Origin: Octopus bimaculoides
Taxonomy: Eukaryota
Assembly: GCF_001194135.2 (NCBI RefSeq)
Contig: NC_068983.1
Span: 140,501,569-140,565,568 of the forward strand
Reading direction: 5' to 3'
Length of the DNA: 64,000 nt
A model generated the notes under the pieces. That model was given only the letters and a program-made list of their open reading frames with translations, was not told where the DNA came from and ran no database searches. Shown one piece after another: positions 26,701-40,707 of this stretch. Numbering within the stretch: position 1 is the first letter of the stretch; the number at the start of each line of letters is the position of its first letter. The translations under genes and the position numbers were made by a program.

Positions 26701-28266
26701 ACTTACACACACACATGCGTACATATATACGTGTACGTATTGGAAAATATGATTTAAATTGCTCTTAAGATCAAATGATACTTTCCCGTTGGGAACCATT
26801 TGAATTATTGGAAATCTTGTACATAGTGCAAAATATTAGATTTGAGATGAAAAATGACTAGGTAAAAATTATAGGGCAAACATGGCTATGATTTTCTCAC
26901 TGTATAGCTCGTTTGGTGAAGGAGAATGGAATTATCTTGAAAACATATATATATCATTAGGAGGCAAAAGTCGGAAGAATGTTGATTTTAAAAAGAGCAT
27001 ATGTAGTATGTAGTAACAATGTTCTCTGTATAACTATTCAAGTAATGTTTCTCGTATTCTTTCCCGTAAGGCGAAGATAAGTAATTCTTTAGATTTGAAG
27101 CATGTTCTAAAATATCCGGTGATATATTTCATACTATTCACTATGTGTAATTCTTTAAGAAATGTTCGCACTTCTGTGGAATAATTATTGAGAAAAGAAT
27201 CAAAGAAATCGGCGGGTCGTATCAGGGTTAATGTAGTGAGCTCTCACTTCGTCTAGTGCATCTAGCTATTAAACATGTGGCTGAATATAATTTGGAAAAT
27301 ATCATTTGAGTCTTTTTTATATGTTTTAAATTACATTATAAATATCAAGAGGTCTGATTTTATATATCAGAGAGTATTCTGAACACTCTTGTATTCACAA
27401 CCTGTATCCATGTATCACTGAGTTGAATAATTACTAATATAAGTGAACTAGAACATTTTATATCTAATATAACAATTAATATTGTGAACTTAACTAGTGG
27501 TTTTGAAAGCCGTGAGCAGTTTTGTTCCAGTTAAAACTACTTACAATATTGAAATGTTCTGCTCGATGCATTTAATGTCACAGTGACCGGAACACTGGAC
27601 TATGAAACTGCTGATGCATGACTGAGAGAAATTAGCTCTTATTCCCAAGCCGAATAGCAGATAACAAGTGAACATTTATGTGACAATCGACATATTGCTG
27701 AAGTATTTATAAAGTCCATCTTAAGCACTGCTTCTTATCCTTCTTCCTTTTCTGACAAAATTACTGTGGCATAAAATAATTATTTTTCAAAACTTGATTT
27801 CACCAAGCTAATGTTAGGTGAACTTTGGGAGTAAAACAAAAATAACAATACGATATGTTCTTACAATTATGAAATATCACCTTCTCCAGCGGAAGCCAGA
27901 CTGCTTCTGGAGGTTGCATTATTTTTCAGCAGAGTTCTATAGAGAGTTAAGGATCTTAGATCTGAGCAGGATCTGCGCTCTTTCAGCCAAACAAATTTTA
28001 CATTTATTCGATCCATTCACATAAGGTATGGATTTCTCAATTACTTTCCCATTGATAAGATACGGTGTTTCGTTATCTTTCAAAGTCTATACGTAGCTAG
28101 CCAAATTAGTAGCTTTACTTTTGTCCCTATGTCTGAAGCAGGCTATGTGATTGGCGTAGAGATTTTTAAATTCACTTTCACATAATGCAATATAAATCTT
28201 ATCAAATGTATTATTATTTAGTGTTGCACAAACGTCTGCCTCATATATGTTTGATTTAGTAACACA

Positions 28267-28478
28267 TCATTGGTCAAGCGGACAGGATCCTGTGCCACGA
28301 CAGTTGCAACTAGATTCAATCTCTTGGTATTGACCATGCGTAATGATACTCTTCCTATTGGAGCAGCATGTATATGATAATTTCACAGAACGCGTATTGA
28401 ATATTTTCCTGTATCTGTTAGTTGCTGGAAAGTGTTTGTCTAGGAGAGACAAGAATCGTTTACCAATCTTGTAGATAG
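28267..28478 (-). mobile_element. Inverted fragment of the same Penelope family as 28640-30060
   Basis: SLLDKHFPATNRYRKIFNTRSVKLSYTCCSNRKSII matches SLLDKKIQDTQIYRKIFNRRPGKLSYSCCLNMKSII at 29277-29747. Confidence 0.85.
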
Positions 28479-28639
28479 TGAAACTCAGCGTGATCTGAAA
28501 TTGGGCTAGAAGCTAAAAAACTACTTACAAATATTAATCGTAGAGCTGGGGAAATTGCTGAGTTTCAACAATAGAATAACAGTTTTACTGTAATAGAGTG
28601 ATTTAAGAACCTCATACATAAGAATAAGTCTAAAGTTAC

Positions 28640-30060
28640 CCAGTTTGATATTATAGACCTTTATCCCTCAATATCTAGATCACTGCTTAATAAAGCTATT
28701 GACGTAGCTAAATCATATGCTGATTTTGATCCTATAGACCTAGATTTTATCAGGCATGCGAAGAAAACACTATTGTTCAGTAATAGATTTGCATGGGTAA
28801 GAAAGTTACACAGTGATGACCTATTTGATATATCTATAGTGTCATATGATAGTACTGACGTTTTTGATTTTGTGGGATTGTTTATATTAAACACAGTGAA
28901 ATATAGATACCCATCTCATGACATTGGCTTATACTGTGGCGACGGTTTGGATATTTCCCATGGATGTGATGGTCACACTCTTGATAGATCTAGGAAGCAT
29001 CAAATTTCTATGTTTAATCAATTCGGACTTAAAACTGCAGTAGCTTCTAATGTCTCTATAGTTGATTATTTATATGTTTCCCTAGATTTCGACGACTCAT
29101 CGTATAAACCTTTTCATAAGCGAAACTTTTATATATACATAAATAGTCTTGTCACCCTCCTGTAATATTTAAAAACCTGATAGCTAATATGAGTAACAGA
29201 GTATCTAACTTCTCTTCTTCCAAAAAAATTTTCGTAAAGCTGCCCCTATTATAACAAGGCCCAAGCCAATAGTGGCTTGAAAGTGAAATTAATATACAAT
29301 CCCTATAATAATAATCAAAATATTAATAATAGATCTAGTGGCATCAAAGACAAAGTAGTACATAACCACTCTTGTATTAATCAGGATAATAAGAAACTTA
29401 AAAATAGGCCAAGGACAATTATTTGGTTCACCGCTCCCATTTCCTGCAATATAAAAATTGACATTGGTAAAAGATTCCTGTCTCTCCTAGACAAAAAAAT
29501 TCAAGACACTCAAATATACAGGAAAATATTTAATAGACGTCCTGGGAAATTATCATATAGCTGCTGCCTAAATATGAAGAGTATCATTTCACGTGGTCAA
29601 TACGAAGAGCCTGAATCCAGTTGCAACTGTTGCGAGCTACGGTCCTACCAACTTGACCAGCGGCGTATGACTAAACCTATCGTATATGAGACAGAAATTA
29701 CGACAACCCTAAATAATGACACAACTGATAAGATATACATTGGATAATGTGAAGGTGAATTTAAAAATCGCTCTACGAATTACATAGGCTTCATCAGAAA
29801 CAGGGACAAAAGTAAAGCTGCTAAGTTGGCTATCTACTTATGGACTTCGAAAGATAACGAAACACTGCGTGTGATTGAATGGAATGTAATTGGTAAATCT
29901 ATACCTTGTTTGAATGGATTGAATAAATATGGACTTTGCTTGACTGAAAGAGCGTAGATCCTGTTCAGATTTAAGATTCCTAACTCTCAAAAGAAGTCCA
30001 GGTCAGAAATTTTTAGTGGTTGCATGCATATGTAAGAATATATTTTGAAAAATTAGAAAA
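28640..30060 (+). mobile_element. Degenerate Penelope-like retroelement (RT + GIY-YIG)
   Basis: FDIIDLYPSIS (RT motif A), FDISIVSYDSTDVFDFVG, GLYCGDGL (GLYRDDG), IIWFTAP, PIVYET...KIYIG (GIY-YIG); stops and frameshifts. Confidence 0.88.
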
Positions 30061-31026
30061 TTCTACCTGTTCCTGACTCAGTTGATAATTTTCCAGCATT
30101 GTCTTTTAAGGATAGCTCTTTAACCCTTTTACTTTTTATTTTTTTTACATTTTAGTTTCNNNNNNNNNNNNNNNNNNNNNNNNNNNNNNNNNNNNNNNNN
30201 NNNNNNNNNNNNNNNNNNNNNNNNNNNNNNNNNNNNNNNNNNNNNNNNNNNNNNNNNNNNNNNNNNNNNNNNNNNNNNNNNNNNNNNNNNNNNNNNNNNN
30301 NNNNNNNNNNNNNNNNNNNNNNNNNNNNNNNNNNNNNNNNNNNNNNNNNNNNNNNNNNNNNNNNNNNNNNNNNNNNNNNNNNNNNNNNNNNNNNNNNNNN
30401 NNNNNNNNNNNNNNNNNNNNNNNNNNNNNNNNNNNNNNNNNNNNNNNNNNNNNNNNNNNNNNNNNNNNNNNNNNNNNNNNNNNNNNNNNNNNNNNNNNNN
30501 NNNNNNNNNNNNNNNNNNNNNNNNNNNNNNNNNNNNNNNNNNNNNNNNNNNNNNNNNNNNNNNNNNNNNNNNNNNNNNNNNNNNNNNNNNNNNNNNNNNN
30601 NNNNNNNNNNNNNNNNNNNNNNNNNNNNNNNNNNNNNNNNNNNNNNNNNNNNNNNNNNNNNNNNNNNNNNNNNNNNNNNNNNNNNNNNNNNNNNNNNNNN
30701 NNNNNNNNNNNNNNNNNNNNNNNNNNNNNNNNNNNNNNNNNNNNNNNNNNNNNNNNNNNNNNNNNNNNNNNNNNNNNNNNNNNNNNNNNNNNNNNNNNNN
30801 NNNNNNNNNNNNNNNNNNNNNNNNNNNNNNNNNNNNNNNNNNNNNNNNNNNNNNNNNNNNNNNNNNNNNNNNNNNNNNNNNNNNNNNNNNNNNNNNNNNN
30901 NNNNNNNNNNNNNNNNNNNNNNNNNNNNNNNNNNNNNNNNNNNNNNNNNNNNNNNNNNNNNNNNNNNNNNNNNNNNNNNNNNNNNNNNNNNNNNNNNNNN
31001 NNNNNNNNNNNNNNNNNNNNNNNATA

Positions 31027-31059
<33 letters not shown>

Positions 31060-32299
31060 TAGTTAATGGATTCAGCAGAATCTAGTGGTACAAATACAAA
31101 GGACGGCAGAAATTGCTATTTGCAATAATATGGGTTTCAAACTGAGGTAAGAAAATTACTGAAGCTTCCAAGTGTTTAGGAGGACGCTGTAAGTATGTAA
31201 GTTCCAAATGCAATTAAAGCGTAGATCCGATTGAGTTGGTTTTAGATGTAGCGTTGTTATAAAAAGAGAACACAATCAGGGTTTAAAATTTGCAACAGCT
31301 GTTTAAGTAGAAATTTATTGAGGCAATCATATATTACATAACATATAGCCAGTATTATCTGCTGAAGTTTCAAGCAGCTGGCATATCAACATTGCTACAT
31401 GCGGTATTATATAAATAACATTCGAATATATTGAGGAGTTGCTTCAACGGGCATGCGAGAAACAACGGGATCAAACGACTATTTTATTTCAAAACACTTA
31501 TCTAACTTAGTTTATAGCGAACATTGGCTTTCATAACGTACAAGAATCACGGAAATACCGTTTCCATGAGTTGACATTAAGGTTATTACAACCCTCAGGA
31601 CAGTTGAAAGTTATAAGACTGACATCACTATTTTAGTTTCCTTCTATCCAACTCTAGTAGCATAGGTATGCACGTATCCACACTCATACTTCTAGACAAA
31701 CGTGTACACACACACGCACACACACATATATATATGCATGAATATTTATGCATACACATAGACATACAGAGAAATTTTTATATATATACACATACATATA
31801 CACGAATACATACGCACACATCTATATATACTTACATAAAATATAAAGGTTTAAGATAACATAAAGACATGAAGAAAGCGTTGACAAATGACAGAGGGTT
31901 AAAAGTTCATACACTGGATTATCAAATATTTCATTATTTATCGAATACAGAGGTTGCAAAAAATGGAATGAAAATGAATAACGAGGAGACCAAAGACATG
32001 ATATGAAATATCGCATAAATAATATTTAAATAATATTTAAATGACACGAGTCTGTTTAAATACGTTACAGAATATCCTTAAGTTGAACCTAAGAAATTAA
32101 ATATAAGCTGTAGTATATGAAGCCAATTAGATAACTGGTTTACAAAAAGAGTGTGTTTGTAATGTAAGGTTAGCATTCCACACTACCTTCGATATTGTGT
32201 GAACATTTAAGTATTTCTCAAACTTCGCAACATTGACAACACCCATGCCTATCTTTTGAATACAGTTATGCAAATGCTATTATGTTCCACGTAATTTGG

Positions 32300-33400
32300 T
32301 TTCTAATGTTTTTTTTTGTCTTTTAATTCCCAATTTTTTCCCGCGCGTGATGTAACGTTAGCGTCATTGCGATTATTGAATATATAAGAATGTTTAAATC
32401 TGCGAGAAGTGGAATCGATGTACATTAAGGAATTTAGATTAGCTTGTTTTATCTGATCTATAGATAAAAATTTTAGTGAGGCATAAATCATATCCAGGGC
32501 ATATAAGTTTCGTTTTAAAAGTACATGATTTAGGAAATGTGTGGAAAGGTGCGGGTTGTAGTTTTTGACTTTTTCATAATGTTGACCGTCATCAGCCATG
32601 GAGATTACTAGATTTCTTTAATAATAATGTGTCCATTATTACAACTGCACCACCTTTATCTGCTTCCTTAATCGTTATATTTTCATTATTTTCAAGTTCT
32701 GTTAGTTCATTCCATTGTGTAGTGCTAAGGTTTGAGTTAACTGTGTGTTTATGCATGGTGTGGTAGGGAAAGTTGTCAATGTGGTTGCAGAATTCATCAA
32801 GATTTTTATTTCTTCCTTCGTGGGGGATGTGTTCATTTTTGGTTTTGACTAGTGAGTCATCTTCAGTATTGTAATTCGTTAATGCTTCTGTGAGTCTTAA
32901 TTTCCTACAGAATTCTATTATATTGTCCTCCACTTCATTTTGGTTGGCTCTGCGTCGAGTTCAGGTGAATTTAAACCCTTTTGAGAGGATGTCTATTTTT
33001 ATGCTTGAAAGAGGTTTAGTTCAGAAGTTAATTATCTTCGGGGTTTTTCGTGATCACCAGGTTCCAACCTGTATCCTGGTGTCTCTGGTCTGGGACTTCA
33101 AAAAATGTTGGTTGCAGTTTTGTTTGCATGAGCTGTCTGTGAGGTTGTATGGGTTTGGTGCTGGGGGGGATGGTGGTATTGTTGCCTCAGATTGTTTTGT
33201 GCGTGTGGGTGTCTATGGGTGTTTTGGTTAAAAGTATGTGTGTAACATTTCTGTATGCGGTATATTTTTGTTTGGAATTTCTTGTACACGGGATATCTCT
33301 TGACCTAGTGTTATTTTTTGCTGCTCTTGTGTTCGGTGGGGTTCAGTAATTTTGGGTCATGGGGCAGTAGTGCCTAATTTGTGGTGTGTTTATTATCCTA
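32300..33400 (-). mobile_element. Internally deleted Penelope-like element, 5' ORF region
   Basis: EDNIIEFCRKLRL and NSNLSTTQWNELTELENNENITIKEADKGGAVVIMD (IKxADKG motif preceding PLE RT); RT core missing. Confidence 0.75.
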
Positions 33401-33424
33401 ATGTTGTTTTGTGTTATATATATA

Positions 33425-33457
<33 letters not shown>

Positions 33458-36267
33458 NNNNNNNNNNNNNNNNNNNNNNNNNNNNNNNNNNNNNNNNNNN
33501 NNNNNNNNNNNNNNNNNNNNNNNNNNNNNNNNNNNNNNNNNNNNNNNNNNNNNNNNNNNNNNNNNNNNNNNNNNNNNNNNNNNNNNNNNNNNNNNNNNNN
33601 NNNNNNNNNNNNNNNNNNNNNNNNNNNNNNNNNNNNNNNNNNNNNNNNNNNNNNNNNNNNNNNNNNNNNNNNNNNNNNNNNNNNNNNNNNNNNNNNNNNN
33701 NNNNNNNNNNNNNNNNNNNNNNNNNNNNNNNNNNNNNNNNNNNNNNNNNNNNNNNNNNNNNNNNNNNNNNNNNNNNNNNATAGAACACATATGTATAGAA
33801 TGTGTACATATTCTAATGTATACATATTCTATACATATTCTATACATGTATAGATGTATAGAAACGGAAGAGACACCTTTCCTTCACTCTGTTTCTGCAC
33901 TTGGGAGTTTTTGACGTATCCTGATTATTTTCCCTCTCATTCGATGTAAATTTCAATTGACACGAAGTTTTGTGTACTCTCTTTCGTGTCTAAGGTAATA
34001 AACAATCTATTTAGAATGCATCTGGAATTGGTATTTACTATAATCTAACGGTCTATGCTCTTTAACTTCACGTCACTAGCTATCCGGGTTAATACTCTTT
34101 ACTTATTCTCTTTCTAATTATGCCCATTCATACGGAATTTGGATATTTGCTTCTGTATTTGTATATAACTGATTTTCAATGCATATTTCAAGTTAGGGCA
34201 ACTGCTATGCTAATCAGGTCTAAACACGTAACTACAGTTATTAACCTAACTGTAGACAATTAGTCTCATTTCGTACAGTTCCGGAATTCTAATGATGTTC
34301 AAACAACTTAAGTTGTTCACAATAGAAAAATTAGACATTTCGTTACCTTCACCCGAAATGAAAACTTTTCAAAAAGTCTAGAATTTTTCATTCATGTTGA
34401 TGTATATTTAATTATTTTGAAAAGTACTTACAAATCACTCATCAAATATATTTCAGAATGAAAGATTTTACTTTAGAAATGAACAATAACATCATATATT
34501 TGATCGGAACAGTCTTCGCCTAATGTGTCCGTAGGAAAGTATTTTGCGAATATATATAAATGTTACGTCTTATGCAAGGAGAACATTTCACGAGTGGAAG
34601 GTGGTGCTTTTGTTTTCAGTAAAAGTTTAACACTTTATGTGTGCTATGATGTTCAGGCTAATCAGGAAAACGCGAAGTTGTTAATTAAATATTCTTACGA
34701 TATCACTGTCATTATAAATTATGAAATACTGTTATATTTCATAATATTTGATGCAAATGTTTATAAAATTTCATTTTTGTTATACACACAGATCTGAGTC
34801 AATATGATATAAATTATATCATCATATAATAAGTTTTTTCTTCAGTCTGTATACCTAATATTTAAACTACGCATATTCTTTAGATGCAGAAGTAAATGAA
34901 GTGGAAGTATCCTAATTGAAATTATATTTGAATAGAAATATATTCAATTTCAGAAATATATTCATCTGTTTTCTATAAACATTTAACTTTCATTTTCAAA
35001 ATATTTATCATTGATAATTATACTTCCTCATTATATACATATTCATTAAATGAAAGATTGTATTTGATGCATGGCTAACAAATTATAGAAATTTAAATTC
35101 CCTATTCCTTTAAAAATACGTAGTACTGTTCAATGAAGAGTAAATAAATTAAAGTGAAAATCAAGTGCCCTCAAACGAATTTTTTAAATTAGTTCAGTGG
35201 CACTTCGCAGGAATTGCGAATGTGCGTGACAAATAACACCAGATAATTTGTCTAAACATAGGTAGTAATTTGACAAAAATCCGAAGGCATCGAAATTGGT
35301 CTGATTTATTTTTTTTTTAGATATCTCATCCGACTCTAGTTGATATTGCCTTTCCTCTCCCCATGGTTGATAAATTATGTAATAATAATACACTAGCTTC
35401 TATCAACAATTGATAGTTCTTTCGAAATTCCAAACTGTTTCAGCTGAGGAGTTAAATAATATACATTTTTTTGTGTTACAATAGTTGTTCTTCTATTATA
35501 CTTCTACCTATCCTAGGGGTGGTATAATGTCTCTCAACATACCTACTACCTTCGCAAGGGCATATAACAAGCATCTATGTGAAAGTTTGAATAATTTAAA
35601 TATCCCATTATTCAAAATCTGACCATTTCAATTCTGAGCGAGCTTATACAATTATATCAAAGATATATTTTATTCCTCAACCTTATTGTCGGACGTTAAC
35701 AACTTTTACTAAGGTGCTCTTTATAACAGATTTTCTGCTGAGAAAGGATTAGATATGAAATATTTTATAGCAGCAGATGTTGATACATGAAATTAAAGGT
35801 GTAGTTGACATGTTATTATGTAGAACATGTAATCCTTTAATAAAGTGATTCTGCCAAAGGTTTTGGAATATATAGTGAATCAATACAAATGTTATCTTCC
35901 ATTCACATACCTTCAATGAAATAAAAGTTCATCTCAAGGTCCTATTTTAACTGAGGAAACTTGACAAGTCTATCATTATATGTAGACAACGCGCATTTAG
36001 ATCAATAAACTAATACAAGTACGATGCCGCAAAAGATATATTGTTGATTGTAGCTCAGTGTCTGTTTTCAATTTTACATTGGTTGGCTCTAATTTCAGTT
36101 TTATGGTTAATGCAGCAGAGGAAAGTATTCATGTCATCATACACCATATATTTACAATACAGAGTTTCATAGACATGAAGTCAATAACTTGTATGAGTGA
36201 AACTACTGAGTGAATTAAACTATTATAAGGTAGCAGATGATTTTTATTATGAAAACTAGATATAAGG

Positions 36268-36414
36268 CAGCGAGGTAGAAGAATCATTACCATGCTAGAC
36301 TAAATGTTTATCGGTATTGCGTCCGTATTTACGTTTTCGACTATGCTTTTCATCCTTCGGGACCGATAAATTATGTATTAGTTGAATACTAGGGTTGATG
36401 TAATCGTCTTACCC
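36268..36414 (+). mobile_element. Degenerate SINE family A
   Basis: ctttcatccttcgggaccgataaatt tail block matches family A; B-box region deleted. Confidence 0.55.
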
Positions 36415-38195
36415 GTCACAATTTTTAACCGTGATTAAATCCAGATGTAAAATATTTGATTTTCATTTTTGAAACGGCAACAGTAAAATACCACAGAGAA
36501 CAATGCATAATATTGAGCTTCTAAAGCATTTCGAGTCACTGCCAAATGAGTAAAAGGGGATTATGTCAATTTTGTTTTGCTTTGTTTGCTGTTTTATTTT
36601 TTCAGTAACAGAAAAATAAAACGGCTGCTCGTATGAAGAAAACATCGTACTACATACCTTCCAATCATAAACAGCACTCAAATTCAGCTGTCAAAGGGCT
36701 ATCAGAATTGGATACTATTATAATCCGTGAATCATCCCAGAGGAAACACCGTACTCTTCACGTAGCCACAACATAACGACTGTCTCTTCTCGTCAAGAAA
36801 ATAATATATTTCATTAATTATTGATGCTGCATAAAGTTTGCATGAAATACACAATAGAATATTGCTCTCGCATCCAAACAAGCACCAGTCAAATTCGGTA
36901 GAGAGTCAGCTACAGACCGACTCTATCTTCTCTACCGGCAGGACTTTTTTCCTATTTCCCCCTTTTGTATCTGCTCTGAAATGCTTGTAGCTAAACACAC
37001 ACTACTTAAGCACAAAGGTAAACTCTAGATTATCAGTTTCAAAACCGCCTCTAATCAGTCTCATTTGTTTAACATTCAAATATTAAAGTAGGAAAATAAT
37101 AAGAAAAGCCTTTTCTACTCATTTTTTCGAATATATAATACTGTACCAAGGACTTTCTTCGGTAACCCCACCTCCCAACCTGGCTTGTTCCTCAGCTTCT
37201 GTCCTCGCCGGCCGCACTTGCCCCGACCTTACCAACACCACCATCTTCACAAGCACCCATCATTGTCCCTATCATACAACCGACTTCTTTACTTGCACTT
37301 CTAGCAACATCATTTACTGCAGATGCCCGCAAAATGATCGACTGCTGGGAACTGATCAGGAACTGGCGTCTAGTGGGATGATCGGCGGCCCAGGTCGATG
37401 AGGCAGTCCTCTTCGTTGAATGCAGGTGTAGTGTTGTGGAATGGTGCATATAGACTGACACGGCGCACAAAGCTATGAATATCAACACGGGTCTGAAATT
37501 CGTTACTGGCCTACTGAGAAGAGAGCGCTCCACTTCAGAGAAAGAAAGATTAGGAGGAATGGTAAGAACACTTTAACATTTGCAGACGTCCTCTATATCT
37601 GAACATCTCCCCAGCCGAACTCTGAGCCCTTCGATGTCTGCGACGCCACAAAAGCATTATCATAAAACCGGCCGACAAGGGTGTAGCCGTGGTGGTGTGG
37701 GGCGTAGACCTCTACATGGCTGAATCTCTCCACCAACTTCAAGACACCTTCTATTGCCCTCTTCTCTCCTAGCTACCTACAGTGTGTGTCCACTATCCAT
37801 GACCTCATCTCCTCATCCCATCTCCCTCCCACCTCGCTCTCCCGCGAACAACTAGACTCCTTCCTCTCTTTTGTCCAATCGTTCCATCAACTCCGCTCTC
37901 TTTTGTTAAATCCCACCATCTGGCCCTCGAATTCTTCTGCACCATTTCCAACACTTCTGTCTCCTCTCTCGACATTCCGATGAACATACACAACTCCATC
38001 TCCTTCTCCCACCCTACATTCGCCAAGCTCTCAATTCGCTAACCCCGATTCCTCCGTCTACGCAGGCTCAGCAGTGATAACCATGATTTTGAGACACCCT
38101 CGCAACTCATGGAAAGCCACTTCATCCTTCGTGGATATCTTCTCACCACTATCCACACCAACCTTGCAAGAGCATGTTCCATGGACTGTGCCCCT

Positions 38196-38243
<48 letters not shown>

Positions 38244-38245
38244 GT

Positions 38246-38276
<31 letters not shown>

Positions 38277-38329
38277 TTCTCTCTCTGTCTCTCTCTCTTT
38301 CTCTCTCTCTCTTTCTTTCTCTCTCTCTC

Positions 38330-38364
<35 letters not shown>
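38196..38364. repeat. (CT)n-rich microsatellite inside Penelope element
   Basis: Direct reading; source of the SL/ER-repeat ORFs in the track. Confidence 0.97.
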
Positions 38365-39035
38365 TCACTTACAACCACTCCACGTTGTTCCTCCAACGTA
38401 CCATTCTCCGAGTCTTCCGGTGACTCCAGTCCAACCACTCTATTTTGCACATCTTCCCCAACCTACCATTTCCCTCTTTCAAATGAGCCCACAACTTATG
38501 TGACCTCCTGGATCACAGTTTCTTCCCTAACTCTACCTCCCAACCGAACTCGTTCCACTGTTCCACCCATGCTGCTGCACTTTCCCCTACCTCTCCAGCA
38601 CCACCATCTACACAGGCACCCATCATCGTGCCTATCTTATAACTGACTCCTTTACCTGCACTTTCTAGCAACGTCATTTACTGCATCTCCTGCTCTTTCT
38701 GTCCTTCTCTGTACATCGGTAAAACGAGACTCCGCTTCGCTGACCGGTTCGCAGGGCACGTCCGAGACATTAGACTCGACATCCCGGTCTCGCACCATTT
38801 CCGCTCTACCGGTTATTCATTACAACACCTGTCTGTGTTCGGAACGTCATTGCACAGGAGCCATCCGGATTCCCGCCTTCGCTGTGAAGAGTAATTAATC
38901 TTCTTTCTTTGCTCTTTTGCCCCGCATGGGCTCAATTCCTCTCCCCTCTTCATCTGATTCGCTGCCTCTTCTCACATCATCTAACACCTACTTCCTCTCT
39001 TCACTCCTACCCACATTCTCCCTTCATTGATACAT

Positions 39036-39079
<44 letters not shown>

Positions 39080-40061
39080 TTTTTAGTACGTTCTCCCATA
39101 TATATANNNNNNNNNNNNNNNNNNNNNNNNNNNNNNNNNNNNNNNNNNNNNNNNNNNNNNNNNNNNNNNNNNNNNNNNNNNNNNNNNNNNNNNNNNNNNN
39201 NNNNNNNNNNNNNNNNNNNNNNNNNNNNNNNNNNNNNNNNNNNNNNNNNNNNNNNNNNNNNNNNNNNNNNNNNNNNNNNNNNNNNNNNNNNNNNNNNNNN
39301 NNNNNNNNNNNNNNNNNNNNNNNNNNNNNNNNNNNNNNNNNNNNNNNNNNNNNNNNNNNNNNNNNNNNNNNNNNNNNNNNNNNNNNNNNNNNNNNNNNNN
39401 NNNNNNNNNNNNNNNNNNNNNNNNNNNNNNNNNNNNNNNNNNNNNNNNNNNNNNNNNNNNNNNNNNNNNNNNNNNNNNNNNNNNNNNNNNNNNNNNNNNN
39501 NNNNNNNNNNNNNNNNNNNNNNNNNNNNNNNNNNNNNNNNNNNNNATATATATATATATATATATACCCCCACCACCTATATACTACTTCTGCGCATTCC
39601 TTCTTCCTCACTAAACCATTTAACCTCATCCCCCTTCCACCTTCCCTCACAATACTCATCCTCTCTGTCCAGTCAGATTAACTGACCACAAAAAATATAC
39701 CACTATCATCCCCCACCGGAATCATTCCTCTATCCCCTTCCCATTCTCTCTTTAAGACTTGACCTATTTACCCTACACACATCTCTCACTTGATTTGGGA
39801 CATCCTTCAAGTAAACACAAGCAATATACCTCGGACACAATATGGCATATATCCACCTCTGCTATTTCAGCCTTTGCTGCAGCAACTATTTCCGGAAAAT
39901 TCCCTCAAGGATTACTTTAGAAGGATACTTACTACTGGAATGAAACTACACTCCAAATACTGTTCTTTCTTTCTTTCTTTTTTCAGCGCATCACACTCAC
40001 TCTCACTTCATACTATAACTCTCCGCCTATGGATATAATAATCGATTCCTTTACTATTTCT

Positions 40062-40110
40062 GTCTCCGATGAAGGGAAGTTTTGGATCTTCCCAGAAACA
40101 GCTGTAAGAC
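40062..40110 (+). ncRNA. Minimal type I hammerhead ribozyme motif (U4C variant)
   Basis: Stem I gtct/agac, core CCGATGA (40066-40072), stem II gggaag/cttccc, GAAA (40095-40098), stem III on palindrome ACAGCTGT, GUA cleavage triplet 40104-40106. Confidence 0.65.
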
Positions 40111-40707
40111 TCTATCCATAAAATATATTTCCAACTTTACCATTGGTCTCTTTATCCTTTTATATATTTATACATATATACATACTTATATATACATACA
40201 TGTGTATTAAATTCAACTTACGTTGAAAGTCAACAAAGATTATTTTAGAAGCATTGAAATGTATAGGAAGATACAGATAAGGAAATAATTTTATTCTCAA
40301 ACACAATATATTGCTATAAATATAGCATTATCCTGCGTTTGGGAATAAATTATTTCCTTATCTGTATCTTTCGATACACACACACATATATATATATAGA
40401 TATATACNNNNNNNNNNNNNNNNNNNNNNNNNNNNNNNNNNNNNNNNNNNNNNNNNNNNNNNNNNNNNNNNNNNNNNNNNNNNNNNNNNNNNNNNNNNNN
40501 NNNNNNNNNNNNNNNNNNNNNNNNNNNNNNNNNNNNNNNNNNNNNNNNNNNNNNNNNNNNNNNNNNNNNNNNNNNNNNNNNNNNNNNNNNNNNNNNNNNN
40601 NNNNNNNNNNNNNNNNNNNNNNNNNNNNNNNNNNNNNNNNNNNNNNNNNNNNNNNNNNNNNNNNNNNNNNNNNNNNNNNNNNNNNNNNNNNNNNNNNNNN
40701 NNNNNNN

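Larger units (their letters stand above)
37150..40150 (+). mobile_element. Rearranged Penelope-like retroelement with inverted 5' segment, (CT)n insertion and 3' non-coding tail
   Basis: LRRHKSIIIKPADKGVAVVVWG (37638-37705); NVIYCISCSFCPSLYIGKTRLRFADRFAGH (GIY-YIG, 38670-38760); RT core deleted; pyrimidine-rich tail spanning gap 39107-39546 and ending in a hammerhead motif. Confidence 0.85.

Noticed and set aside
27570-27630. VTGTLDYETADA, a cadherin-like LDYE word
   Set aside because: Stop follows immediately and no other cadherin motifs (DxNDN, AxDxG) are present.
35425-35460. gaaattcc...cagctgaggagt resembling the 5' half of the 52070 ribozyme
   Set aside because: No matching GAAA/stem III half downstream; short match may be chance or a truncated copy.
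38039-38646. ER-rich and SL-rich ORFs
   Set aside because: Produced by the (CT)n tract inside a Penelope element.
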